This document shows, piece after piece, positions 43,796 through 61,700 of a stretch of 64,000 bases of DNA. The notes below the pieces were generated by a model. That model was not told where the DNA came from. It worked only from the letters and a program-made list of their open reading frames with translations, and did not search any database. The position numbers and the translations under genes were made by a program. This DNA comes from the human T2T-CHM13v2.0 reference genome, Homo sapiens. The stretch's first letter is position 1, and each line of letters starts with the position of its first letter. The stretch is taken from NCBI RefSeq assembly GCF_009914755.1, contig NC_060929.1; one strand, 5' to 3'.

Positions 43796-43949
43796 CTTTT
43801 CAGAATTAGTGGCTTATGTTCCATAGAAATTCCTTTGGGATTTTGATTGGAGTAACATCAAATTTATAGGTAAGTTTGAAGAGAAGTGACATTTACAATA
43901 CTAATTTTCTCTCTGTGGACAAGATTTATCTCCATGTGATTCATGATTT

Positions 43950-44284
43950 ACTCTCTATACATCTATTCTTCAGGTGGTCTCATTCAACCCCATTTATATA
44001 ATGATGGTTTCCAAATTTTTATCTCCAGCTCCTACCTTGTTGTCTGAACTTTGGGCTTATAGATCCAACAGCTGACCTGTGATCTCAGCTTGGATGGCTA
44101 TTACACATCTCAAACTTAACATGCCTTTTAAAAAATTTTGATTTCCTCCCAAGAAGCTACGATTGCTTATCTCAATGAAAGGGGACTTCAGTTACTTAGG
44201 CCAACAGCTTTGGCTCAGTATTTTGACACCCCACATTTTAAGTCTGTCAGCTAAGTGTGTTGGCTCCATTTTCATGATCTGTTC
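43950..44284 (+). mobile_element. L2 fragment
   Basis: ccaaatttttatctccagc...atccaacagctgacc...acatctcaaacttaacatg. Confidence 0.7.
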
Positions 44285-44490
44285 TGCTATAGACTGAATG
44301 CTGGTGCCTCCCCACAAGTTCATATGTTGAAATCTTAACCCTCAATGTAATGGCATTAGGAGATGGGACCTTTGGGAGGTGATTAGGGTGTGAGGGTGCA
44401 GCCCTCAGGAATGAGGTTAGTGTCCTTATAAAAGAGGTCCCAGAGACTCCCTTGTTCCTTCTGCTATCTGAGGACACAGTGAGAAGACAA
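44285..44490 (+). mobile_element. MLT1A/MST LTR 5' half
   Basis: tgctatagactgaatg...ttcatatgttgaaatcttaacc...gaggacacagtgagaag. Confidence 0.8.
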
Positions 44491-45589
44491 TTGTTTAATT
44501 AATTAATTAATTATTAATTCATGATGGGCTTCTGGTTTTTCTTCTGTCTAAAAGACATTTAGTTTGAACGTTTTCATTATAAACATCAAGACTGGTTGGA
44601 GATCTGCTCTTCTACAAATAATCTCTTTTTCCAACATTAGGCTCTGTCTGTGATTTAGGCCTTTAGAGCTTGAATGAGCAGCTGGTACAGTATCCCTTTC
44701 GGGTTTTCACCTCCCAGACGTTAAGTCATGCTCTCTGCTCTTCTGTTGGCCCATTACAGTGTTATTGGGTATCGCGGGCTCTTATTTGCAGCTCTGTGTT
44801 CCCGGAGGAAGAATTCAACCACACATATATTTAGAACATTAGCTCCATTGGAAAAGCATCCATGCTGCTTGCATCGAGTCCCTGCTGTTCTCAATTTTCC
44901 TCTTTACATTTTAATTATATGTGCTCTTTTAATGATGCTTGTAACTTTTTTTAAAGGTTTTCTGACACACTATTTGAAAACAGTTAGGTAGATTTAGTGT
45001 TTTTCCCTTCCCTATTAGGAGCAAACAACTGCTTTTGTAAATAGTGAGGCAGCTGAGCTATAATGCATTTTGAAAATGTCCCCACCATTCCCCTACTCTG
45101 CCACAAAATACGTGTCTATCCACTTGGAGATAGTGCAAGATAGTGTATAATACTGCACACACATATACAGAAACAGGTGTTCACATGTATAGTAGTACTC
45201 TTACAGTACATCTTCCATAATTCTGCCACCAAAATACAATCACTGTTAACTTTCAACTATATTATTTCCTATATTTCTAGCAAGTGCTTATATTTAATAC
45301 ACTTTCTATTATGTTGTATATTCAAATTTGCATCCACTTTAAAAAATTTTTATTTTTAATCAATAAATAGTAATTGTGTATATTTATGGGGTATAATGTT
45401 GTGTTTTGATACATATATACATTGTACAATGATGAAAACAAGCTAATTAATACATCTATCACTTGACCTGTTTTTTTTCTTATTTAACATTGCCATAAGC
45501 TTTTTCATAGTGTGACTGTACAGACACTATGTTTCATGGTTTCAGAGTATTTTAGTTGTTGGGATCCAAAAGCCATGCTGGAGAATGTT

Positions 45590-46000
45590 CCTGTGGTAGA
45601 AGGCAAAAATGGGCACCTCTCATGATGAAGTCTATTCTCTCACTCTTGAATCTGGGCTGGATTGTGAACTGCTTTGTCTGATAAAATGTGGCTGGAATGA
45701 TATTTTGTGAGTTTTGAGGTTGGGCCTACAGAGGCTTTGCACATTTCCACACTCACATTTTGGTGCCAGGCTAACCTGTTGGAGGATGAAGACCCTGTGG
45801 AGAGAAGCCCTAGACCTCCCATTCTTCCCAGTGATGCATCAGATATGACAAGCAAAGCAGCCAAGAGAGCCAAATTCAGAGGATGCCAGAATAACTGCCC
45901 TGCAGAGCCCAGCCCAAACTATCAACCTGCAGAATAAATGGTTATTGTTTTAAGCCACTAAACTTTGGAATTGTTTGTTATGCAGCAAAAATGAATAGGT
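45590..46000 (+). mobile_element. MLT1 (F/G/H-like) LTR
   Basis: cttgaatctgggctgg...gagcccagcccaaact...gttgttttaagccacta-like 3' end. Confidence 0.7.
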
Positions 46001-46999
46001 CACCCATACCATTGACTTCACCAATCAACTCTTTTGTATAATTAAGTTGTTTTTGATGAACATCTTTGAATACAAGTCTTTGTGCACATCTCTAAGTGAT
46101 CATTTCCTTAATATAATTACCTATGGCTAGCACTAATGAGGAAAGAGGAAAGAAAAATGGGAAGGGTCTTGGTAAATGATGCTTACTTGTTTCCCAAAAC
46201 AGTTATAATAATTTATATTCCAACAATCATAATATGATATTGCCTATTTCATTATGGGAATGATGAACAAACATGGGATATTTATTAAAAATGAAACTAC
46301 TTGATAAGATATGCATATACTTACTAGTTTAGATTAGAAATTGTATTTGGAGGGCTGGCCATGTTCACCTATATGTATACATGTTTTCTATCCACCATGT
46401 GGAATACATGAACAGCCAAATGGACCACTATTTACACAGTTCAGCCTTAGGTGTGCCAGGGGCAAGAACAGCCTGACTTTGGGAAGGTTTTCCAGGGTTG
46501 ACCCTTGACAAACTTTTAGAGATCAGCTTCCTCCAGGAACTCTGGGGAAGCCAGAATTTATGTAATTCAACTGGACAGCTTTTTAGTCTTTGTGCTCCAC
46601 TTCTTTTTTGGGATCCACACCTGCATCTCTGCTTCATTCTCACTCACTTGCCCAATCGCTATCCCCACCCTTTTCTCCACCTGTGTCTCATTGTCCTCCT
46701 CACACTCCTCTTCATTCTCTTCAACATGAGTTAATTTTCTTACCTTCTTTATTTTCCTCACCCTTACCCTTGTTGTCATGAGAATCATCATCACTACTTT
46801 ATTGTAATTTCCCTTTTCACAAGATTCTTCTCACACCAGTTTTGCTTTTGCCTAGGATACATCACCTCCTTTAAAGTTTTTCTGATACTGTAACTCACAT
46901 GGTGAGAAAGATGTGCTCCCTTGAAGATGGAAGAACTCCTGAAAATGTCTGCCTTTTCCATTACAATATAGATGACCATATATCACTATCAACTGAATT

Positions 47000-48545
47000 T
47001 ATTTTACAAATGCAAAATTGATGATCTTTTAAAAATCAGTATTCTAATTCAGCACATGAATAGAGTTGAAGACATAATAAAATAGTATGATCATCTCAAT
47101 AGACGCAGGAAATGTGGTACATAATAATGAGTATTTGCTATTTTTAAAAAATCTTTACATGCCAGTAATAGAAAGAAATTTCCTTAAACTTATAAAGATA
47201 TATTTTTAAAAACTGTAGTAAACATTGTTTACTTAAATGAAAATATCACCGAAATAGCAAAACGTTGCAATATTTCTTTCTGTGATTAAGATCAAGACAA
47301 GAATCTTCACTTTACCACTTCTAGTTAGCATTGTACTAGAGGTCCTAGCCTGAGCAGTAAGGAAAATAACAAACAATGTGTAATCCTTAGAAAGGAAGAA
47401 AAAAACGTAAATACTGGTATATTATATAAATATATAGAAAATAGAATCTAGTCAAATTATTAGAGTTAATAAGTATGTTTAACATGTTTGGCTGATATTA
47501 AGACAAGGTCAATTAAAAAATAAATTCTTTCCATATGTAAGAAACAAGCAAAACATGAAATTAAAAAAAATATGTAAAATCATGAAAACAGCAAGTGCAG
47601 TCAGCTTTGTATCCATGGGTTCTGCATCTGTGGATTTAACCAGCTGTGGATCAAAATCTCAAAATATTCAGAAAAATATTCCACAAAGTTCCAAAAAGCA
47701 AAATTTGAATTTGCCATGTGCTGAGTACTACCTTGAATCCACGAGAACAAAGTGATGTGTAGGCACTCTATTAGGTATTATAAGCAATCTGGAGATGATA
47801 TCAACCATATGGGAGGGTATGCATAGGCTATATGGAAATACGGCGCCATTTTATATAAGGGCCTTGAGCATCTGTGGATTTTGGTATCTGTGGGTGGGAG
47901 GTGGGTCCTGAAACCCATTCCCCATGGATACCAAGGAATGATTGTAGTTAATAATAATTCTAATAAAGTAGGCACAATAATTCTACCCAGTAATCTGTGA
48001 AATATATTTGAGAAAGAAACAAGAAGTAAACAAATCAATAGGTGTTTAAGTTTCTATGTTAGAATATTCTGTTTCAAAGGATGTAGTTCTCCCCATGATT
48101 ATCTATAGAGTCAATGAAATGGAATAAAAATCCCAACAGCTGTTTTTAAATGGAATTTAGCAAGCTAATTCTAAATTTTTTATGGAAAGAAAGACAGCCA
48201 ATAGTAGCCAAGGCCTCTTAAAGAAGGAAGCAGTAAGAGAACTTTGTCTACTGGTGAGTTCCATGCAACAGTGTGGATGAGTCTCATCAACGTAGTAGTG
48301 TGCAAAGGAAGCCAGGTACAAAAGATACCATGTTGTATATATACACATCTCAAAACAAAAAGCAAGAAAGCGATCACTGTAAAATTTGGAATAGTTTTAT
48401 CCATGCATGGAGCTTCTGAGGCTTCTGAAGTCCTGGAAAATTTTGTATTTCTGGACCTGGGAGGTGATGACAAGGGTGCTTGCTACATTACTTAACGGTT
48501 TATTATTTTTCGAAATATCATATTTCACAATAAAAAGTATAAATA
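47000..48545 (+). mobile_element. L1M ORF2/3' fragments interrupted by MER2
   Basis: tgatcatctcaatagacgcagga, gcattgtactagaggtcctagcc, aaaatcccaacagc motifs. Confidence 0.7.
47598..47946 (-). mobile_element. MER2 (TcMar-Tigger) DNA transposon
   Basis: cagtcagctttgtatccatgggttctgcatctgtggatt ... cccatggataccaaggaatgattgta. Confidence 0.85.
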
Positions 48546-48584
48546 CAAATAGGAGAAAAAATTAGTAATTTCACTAGGTTTCTA

Positions 48585-49056
48585 CAACTGTTTCCTAGGG
48601 CTTCTGTAACAAGGCATCACAACCTGAGTTGTGAACCTCACACATTTATTGTCTCTCACTTCTGGAGGCCAGAATTCCAATGTCAAGGTGCTGGCAGGGC
48701 TCTGCTTGCTCTGAAGACTCTAGTGGAGGATCCTTCCCCACTTCTTCCAGTTTCTGGATGAGCCAGGTGTTCTCTGGGTTGTCGTAGTGTCACCTCCGTT
48801 TCTGCCTCCATTATCCTGTGGCCATCTTTTCTCTGTGCCTCTGTCTTCAGAAGACCTTCTCTTCTGTGTGTCTGTGTTCTGACCTCCTCTTTTAAGGACA
48901 CCAATCACGTTGGATGAGGGCCCATTTTAATAACCTCATGTTTACTTGATTATATCTACAGAGACCCTATTTATTTCCAAACAAGATCACATTCACAGGT
49001 CGTGGGGCTTTGGACTTCAACATATCTGTTTTGGGGGACTCAATCCAACTCATAAG
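48585..49056 (-). mobile_element. MLT1C/D LTR
   Basis: tttcctagggcttctgtaacaa...ttctggaggccagaa...aaggacaccaatca...cacattcacaggt. Confidence 0.82.
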
Positions 49057-49267
49057 AGTCCTCCTCTGAGGGAATAGGTTGAGACTGAAGCACTGCTGTT
49101 TCCTAGCACAGTGTGTCTTGGAGCAAGTCACTTTCAATGTCCAGCTTTCTTATCTGCAAAATGAGTTCAGTAGGTTTTCCTGCCTCTGGGGAAAGGGTTT
49201 TCTTCCTTTATGTTGAAGTAGACCCCACCCTCTTTCAGGATTTATCTTTGGGATATGTAAGTGAACG

Positions 49268-50535
49268 GTTTTTTTCCAGCTTTTAAGTTTGGGGGGCACA
49301 TGTGCAGATTTGTTACATAGGCAAATTGTTTGCCACTAATGTTTGGTATACAAATGATCCCATCACCCAGGTAGTAAGCATGGCACCCAATAGGTGGTTT
49401 TTCAACCCTCAGACATCTCCTCCCACCCCACCTTTCTAGTAGTTCCCAGTGCGCAGTGTCTATCGTTCCCATCTATATGCCCATGTGTACTCAATGTTTA
49501 GCTCCCACTTATAAGTATTTGGTTTTCTATTCCAGCATTAATTTGCTTAGGATCATGGCTTCCAGCTGCATCCACATTGCTGCAAAGGACATAATTTTCT
49601 TCTTTTTTTGGTTGCATAGTATGCCATAGTGTATATGTACCACATTTTCTTTATCCAGTCCACTGTTGATGGGCATCTAGGTTGACTTCATGTCTTTGCT
49701 ATTGTGAATAATGCTGTGATGAACATACAAGTGCACGTGTATTTTTTGTAGAATGATTTATTTTCCTTTGTGTATCTACCCAATAATGGAATTGCTGAGT
49801 CCAATGGTAGCTCTATTTTAAATTCTTTGAGAAATCTCCAAACTGCATTTCACAGTAGCTGAACTAATTTACATTTTCATCAACAGTGTATAAGCATTTT
49901 ATTTTCTCTGTAACCTCACTGACACTGTTATTTTTCTTCTTTTTCGATAATAGCCATTCTGACTGGTGTGAGATGGTATCTCATTGCAGTTTTGATTCAC
50001 ATTTTTCTAATTAGTGATGTTGCGCATGTTTTCCTATGTTTGTTGGCCATATGTATGGCTTCTTTTGAGAAGTGACTATGTCCTCTGCCCATTTTTAATA
50101 GGGTTACTTGTATTTTTGCTTATTGAATTGTTTGCATTCCTTATAGATTCTGGATATTGGATCTTTATCAATGCATAGTTTGGAAATATTTTCTCCCATT
50201 CTGTAGGCTGTCTGTTTAAACTGTTGACAGTTTCTTTTGCTGTGCAGAAGATTTTAGTTGAATTACATGCCCCCTGTCAGTTTTTGTTTTTGTTGCAATT
50301 GCTTTTGGCTACTTAGTCATAAATTCTTTGCCAAGGCTAATGTCCAGAATGGTATTTCCTAGGTTTTCTTCTAGGATTTTTGCAGTTTTGGGTTTTACAT
50401 TTAATCCATCTTGAGTTGATTTTTGTATACAGTGAAAGATAGGTGTCCAGCTCCATTTTTCTGCATATAGCTAGCCAGTTATTCCAGCACTATTTATTCA
50501 ATAGGGAGTCTTCTCCCCCATTGCTTGTGATTGTT
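49268..50535 (-). mobile_element. L1PA13-16-type 3' end plus ORF2 C-terminus
   Basis: Continuous antisense L1 from 3' UTR into ORF2 (tcttttgctgtgcagaag, gctagccagttattccagcac). Confidence 0.88.
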
Positions 50536-50807
50536 GAGTGGTCTTTGATTCAGTGGCAATTCAGTCCAATTTTATCCAGTTCAATGTATATGAAAAATGA
50601 TGTTTCATGCTCAACACAAAAGTACTTGACATAAGACTGAATTTGTCATTACATGGTGTGTCCTCTCATGTTCTTCTAAGGCTCAGCCCCTTCCACTAAT
50701 TTCTGCCCACTTTTCTTTTCTGCCTGCCATGGTGTTAAGCTATCCTAGACTAAAAAACACAAATTTGGGGCAATTTGTTGTGGCAGCCCCAGAAAACTTG
50801 GGAAACA

Positions 50808-51085
50808 CAAGTTTCCTGGGGGCTGCCACAACAAATTGCCACAAAATTCATGGCTTAAAACGACACAAATTTATTTTCTTACTGTTCTGGAGGTCAGAAA
50901 TTCAAAATCAAGATGCCAGTAGGGCTGCATTCCCTCTAGAGGCTCTAGGGAAGAAAACCTCCTGGGCTCTTCCAGGTCTGGTAGCTCCTGGCATTCCTTG
51001 GCTTGTGGCCACATCAATCCAATCTTTACCTGTGTATTAGGACTTGGAAATACCATTTTAGGGGACACAATTGAACTGACTACAA
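50808..51085 (-). mobile_element. MLT1B/C LTR, internally deleted
   Basis: ggctgccacaacaaattgccac...ttctggaggtcagaa...ggggacacaattgaac. Confidence 0.78.
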
Positions 51086-51827
51086 GGGGAAAGATTCTGC
51101 TGGGGATTTCTTTGTCTTTGGGCCACCTGGTAGGTGAGGTAATGCAGCTCTTGCAGGTCTGGTGGGAACTGTCCTATCCCAGAGGCAGAAACAATAGCAG
51201 TGAGCAGAGCCTGACACACAGCCAGGACGCAGGGTCCTCCAGATGCAATTTAACTTCTATCAGGGCTCTTTCATTGAATTAAGGGAACAATCATTTGAGA
51301 CTCATAGTTTATAATTTTCTCTTCCGATGATATAACTCCCTTTTCACAACCCCTATTTTTTATTAAACTCAGAGTCCTGTAGAGACCTTTAGTGGTGCTA
51401 TAGAGGCAATAGGGTAAAGTTGCCTGTGGCTCCCTGACTTTTGCTCCTCCACAGTCTGTTGAGGAGGCTGTAGCCTAGGGCCCCTGGTCTTCTCCAATTG
51501 TGAAATGGTTCTGACCAGCCTGGGGCTGAAAGCCATTGAACGAAGGTGTGCACTGAAGGGAGGATCATCATCAGCCTGGTACAGCCTTGAAAACATACCT
51601 GAGTACACCTGCGAGCTAGAGCCAGACCATCCCTAAAGGTGGAGAGGTCTGCTGAGCACAAATGAAGAGATGCTAGCCATGCGATCGTGAGCTTAGTCAG
51701 TCATGGGCTGCTGTATGCAGGAGTCATGCACTTCCTAGAACACAGGAGGAATCTTAGATACAGAACCAAACATCATCAGCGGCATCACTGTATCTATTTA
51801 CTGATGACGACAATGATGACAATTTTC

Positions 51828-51911
51828 TTTTTTTTTTTTTTTTAGGGCTTCCATTAGCAGTGGATATGTTTATTTATTTTTTATTTTTTGAATTTGGCAC
51901 AGCATAATTTC
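51828..51911 (-). other. L1 3' transduced segment (68 bp) plus a second poly(A) tail
   Basis: Non-L1 sequence 51844-51911 between two poly(T) tracts, inside the TSDs; AATAAA on minus at 51869-51874. Confidence 0.88.
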
Positions 51912-52129
51912 TTTTTTTTAATTTATTATTATTTAAGTTTTAGGGTAAATGTGCACAATGTGCAGGTTAGTTACATATGTATACATGTGTCATGCTGCTG
52001 CGCTGCACCCACTAACTCATCATCTAGCATTAGGTATATCTCCCAGTTCTATACCTCCCCCCTCCCCCCACCCCACAACAGTCCCTAGAGTGTGATGTTC
52101 CCCTTCCTGTGTCCATGTGTTCTCATTGT

Positions 52130-55964
<3,835 letters not shown>

Positions 55965-56009
55965 TTATTTTGATCGTTAGTTCATGCAGTTTCTTCCTAG
56001 TCTCGATGG

Positions 56010-57023
56010 TCTTTACAATTTGGCATGATTTTGCAGTGGCTGGTACCGGTTGTTCCTTTCCATGTTTAGTGCTTCCTTCAGGAGCTCTTTTAGGGCAGGC
56101 CTGGTGGTGACAAAATCTCTCAGCATTTGCTTGTCTGTAAAGTATTTTATTTCTCCTTCACTTATGAAGCTTAGTTTGGCTGGATATGAAATTCTGGGTT
56201 GAAAATTCTTTTCTTTAAGAACGTTGAATATTGGCCCCCACTCTCTTCTGTTTTGTAGTTTCTGCTGAGAGATCCGCTGTTAGTCTGATGGGCTTCCCTT
56301 TGTGGGTAACCCGACCTTTCTCTCTGGCTGCCCTTAACATTTTTTCCTTCATTTTAACTTTGGTGAGTCTGACAATTATGTGTCTTGGAGTTGCTCTTCT
56401 CGAGGAGTATCTTTGTGGCATTCTCTGTATTTCCTGAATTTGAATGTTGGCCTGCCTTGATATATTGGGGAAGTTCTCCTGGATAATATCCTGCAGAGTG
56501 TTTTCCAACTGGGTTCCATTCTCCCCGTCACTTTCAGGTACACCAATCAGACGTAGATATGGTCTTTTCACATAGTCCCATATTTCTTGGAGGCTTTGCT
56601 CGTTTCTTTTTATTCTTTTTTCTCTAAACTTCCCTTCTTGCTTCATTTCGTTCACTTCATCTTCCATCGCTGATACGCTTTCTTCCAGTTGATCGCATCG
56701 GCTCCTGAGCCTTCTGCATTCTTCATGTAGTTCTCGAGCCTTGGTTTTCAGCTCCATCAGCTCCTTTAAGCACTTCTCTGTATTGGTTATTCTAGTTATA
56801 CATTCGCCTAAATTTTTTCAAAGTTTTCAACTTCTTTGCCTTTGGTTTGAATTTCCTCCCGTAGCTCGGAGTAATTTGATCGTCTGAAGCCTTCTTTCAG
56901 CTCGTCAAAGTCATTCTCCATCCAGCTTTGTTCCGTTGCTGGTGAGGAACTGCATTCCTTTGGTGGAGGAGAGTCGCTCTGCTTTTTAGAGTTTCCAGTT
57001 TTTCTGCTCTGTTTTTTCCCCAT
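56010..57023 (-). pseudogene. L1 ORF1p, frameshifted
   Basis: MGKKQSRKTGNSK... (57023) and ...SLQEIWDYVKRP...RATPRHIIVR pieces. Confidence 0.93.
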
Positions 57024-57478
57024 CTTTGTGGTTTTATCTACTTTTGGTCTTTGATGATAGTGATGTACAGATGGGTTTTTGGTGTGGATGTCCTTTCTGT
57101 TTTTTAGTTTTCCTTCTAACAGACAGGACCCTCAGCTGCAGGTCTGTTGGAGTACCCGGCCCTGTGATGTGTCAGTCTGCCCCTGCTGGGGGGTGCCTCC
57201 CAGTTAGGCTGCTCGGGGGTCAGGAGTCAGGGACCCACTTGAGGAGGCAGTCTGCCCGTTCTCAGATCTCCAGCTGCATGCTGGGAGAACCACTGCTCTC
57301 TTCAAAGCTGTCAGACAGGGACATTTAAGTCTGCAGAAGTTACTGCTGTCTTTTTGTTTGTTTGTGCCCTGCCCCCAGAGGTGGTGCCTACAGAGACAGG
57401 CAGGCCTCCTTGAGCTGTGGTGGGCTCCACCCAGTTTGAGCTTCCCGGCTGCTTTGTTTACCTAAGCAAGCCTGGGCA

Positions 57479-57787
57479 ATGGCGGGTGCCCCTCTTCCAG
57501 CCTCGCTGCCGCCTTGCAGTTTGATCTCAGACTGCTGTGCTAGCAATCAGCGAGACTCCATGGGTGTAGGACCCTCTGAATCATGTGTGGTATATAATCT
57601 CCTGGTGCGCCGTTTTTTAAGCCCGTCAGAAAAGCGCAGTATTCGGGTGGGAGTGACCCGATTTTCCAGGTGCCGTCTGTCACCCCTTTCTTTGACTAGG
57701 AAAGGGAACTCCCTGACCTCTTGTGCTTCCCTAGTGAGGCAATGCCTCGCCCTGCTTCGGCTCGCACATGGTGCGTGCACCCACTGA
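57479..57787 (+). CDS. L1 antisense ORF0 homologue (102 aa), expression unverified
   Basis: MAGAPLPASLPPCSLISDCCASNQRDS... matches the primate L1 ORF0 N-terminus; Kozak-like gcaATGg. Confidence 0.55.
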   Translation: MAGAPLPASLPPCSLISDCCASNQRDSMGVGPSESCVVYNLLVRRFLSPSEKRSIRVGVTRFSRCRLSPLSLTRKGNSLTSCASLVRQCLALLRLAHGACTH

Positions 57788-59949
57788 CCTGCGCCCACTG
57801 TCTGGCACTCCCTAGTGAGATGAACCCGGTACCTCAGATGGAAAAGCAGAAATCACCTGTCTTCTGCGTTGCTCACGCTGGGAGCTGTAGACTGGAGCTG
57901 TTCCTATTTGGCCATCTTGGCTCCTCCCCTCGCACCCTTTTTTCAGTGATGACAATTTTCAATGCCTGAGGATTGGTATAGATGTGGCTCATGGCAATGA
58001 GGCAGTTCTACAGTGTAGGAGTGATTTGTTGTGTTTGCCACTGACTTGTTTACTAATATTTGGAGACTTTTAGTACCTTCAAGTGTATTTTAGAAATCTG
58101 ATGTTAATAACACCAGTGCCTATCCAACAGTCCCAGGCCTATGATCTGGGCGTCTCAATCCACCTTTCCCTTGATCTCTCTCCTCCACTACCCCACATCC
58201 ATAATCTCGTCCACTTGCACCCCTTTTCAGGCCACCTGGCCTCTGCTGAAAGCATCATGGTCTTTTTGTCCCACAGGAAGCTTCACACGTAGTTCCCCTC
58301 AGCCCCGTATTTGCCTTTCCTGTCTAGACATTTTGGGCGACAAAGTGCAGGGTTGGACACGTGAGCTTTGCTGCTGCTCCTTGAAGAAGCACCCTGCTGG
58401 GTGATGCATCTCCTTTAACCAGACTTGACAGTGTTTGATTCACCTTTAAACATCTCAGCTCCACCCAGAGCTGCATCAACTGAGTGGTAAATATAGAACC
58501 ACGCTGCACAGCTAAGCTGAATTGGCCTTTTCTATAAAAGTAATGACTTTAGTCTGCTGGGAAATATTCTGAAGGTTAATATCCCAGAGTGCAAGAGAGA
58601 AAATGAACAAAGAATTGCTTCCAGTCAGCTCAAATACATAATGATTTTATGATGTCTCCTAATTACATTTTTTATTGAAAAATATATCTAGATGTTCACG
58701 TCTCCAAGGGCACAGCCACAGAGCACTACACAATTTGGAGTTTTCCAGGTTCCAAATTTTGTCATTTTAAAAAAACAAATTTATGTCCTTAATTCTTTTT
58801 GGAAATTTAAGTTTTTAAATAAAAATAATGGAATGCTAACACAGTTTATAATACATATTAATTAAATCATTATTTTGCATTATTTGCTGTCTGATAATTT
58901 ATGTCAAGGATTACTCTAATTCACATTAACATAATCCACACTTAGACATTTCTACATTAGTAAGAGTGACAGTATTTTTAAAAGTAGATGAGTCGAAACA
59001 GAGCAATGTGAAAAAGAAGTCAATGGGGACTTTCCTCCACTGGGAATTTGTTCCAGGAAATAAAATTCCAAATACCATGTACTGAAAAAAATGCAGTATT
59101 ACACAGCATTTCTTGGTGGTAGAAAATTCACTTTCAACAAATATTCTGGCTAACTGGCTAAAAATGATTTTATTTTTTAACCGTCTTGACCTAGTTGAGC
59201 TTAGCTGCTTTTTTCAGAAAAAAAAGAAAAAGAAAAAGAAGTAAAACAAAAAAAAGCCCATTTGAACCTTAGAAAAAGAATTTGAGTGAATAATGAACCT
59301 CAAAGCAAAATTCAGTATTCAGTTTTGTTGTTTCATGACTTCCAACTGTCTATAATTATACCATTATTATTACACAAGAAAAATTATTGTTTTGGCTATT
59401 AAAATAATTATTACATTATTATTTCCAACTTTGGAAATTGAGATGTGCAAAAATATTTCCCCAAGGAAGTCCTATTTATTACCTAATTATTGGGGAAGTT
59501 TTGTTCAAATTGAGTTATTGCTACCAACTGGACTTTTATGACGCCTTCCCTTTCTTTGTTTTAGTGTTAGCATTATGTATCTAGCAAGGGCTGGCACGCA
59601 GCGGGCATTCAGCAAATGTAGGTTTCTGTGGAAAGTACCAAATAATGGATACAAAATTGACCCTCGACAATAATGAATGCATATTTGCTATTCATTCAGC
59701 AATACACTAAGTCTCATCCATTGGGCAGATGGGACATGAACAAGTGCTAATTAAGGACAATAACACTCATAACTCTGAGATGTGCTTAATTGGAAACAAG
59801 GAGTATGGGATGTTTCAGGCTGGTTATATTCCTGGATAGAATTCTTTTCCACAGAAAGTGTCATCAGGGCTGTAATTGATGCATTAGTTTTTAATGTAAA
59901 ACACTAGAACGAAACCTATTTCACACTGTAAAACATTTAAAAAAGCGAG

Positions 59950-61140
<1,191 letters not shown>

Positions 61141-61349
61141 GCTAGACAGTACACACGCATATGTGTTTGTGTATATATGTGTTAAATATAGTTGTGCAGC
61201 ATCACATGTTTAAAAAGGTGAAAGAAATACACAGGACTAAGAGAAAGTCATTAATTAATTTTTTTCAAAGAATATAAAGTAAGTCTTCTGAAATATTTAG
61301 AATTTCTGATTTATTAAACCTAAAGGAAAGAAATACAGAGATAGGATGA

Positions 61350-61700
61350 TGTTATGGACTAAATGTAAATTTATGTGTTAAAGCCCTAACTCCCAATGTG
61401 ATGATATTTAAAGATGGTCCTTTAGAGGGTAATTAGAGTTAGATGAGGCCATGGGGGTACAGCTCTGCTCTGGCAGAATTAGCGGGCCCATGTGAAGAGA
61501 GACACCAGAAAGCTTGATCTCCTGCTCTCCGCCTGCTTGCACAGAGAAAAGGCTGTGTCAGCACTCACCAGAAACCAACCCTACTGGTGCTCTGATCTTG
61601 AAAGTCCGGCTTCCAGAACTGTGAGAAGGTAAATTTCTGTTGTTTAAGCCACCAAGTCTATTGTACTTTGTTATGTCGGGCTAAGAAATCTCAGACAGAT
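61350..61700 (+). mobile_element. MST/MLT1A (MaLR) LTR
   Basis: tgttatggactaaatgt...gccctaactcccaatgtga...ccagaactgtgagaag...ctgttgtttaagccacc. Confidence 0.8.

Noticed and set aside
46567-46794. Glu-rich 75-aa ORF
   Set aside because: Product of a pyrimidine-rich low-complexity tract.
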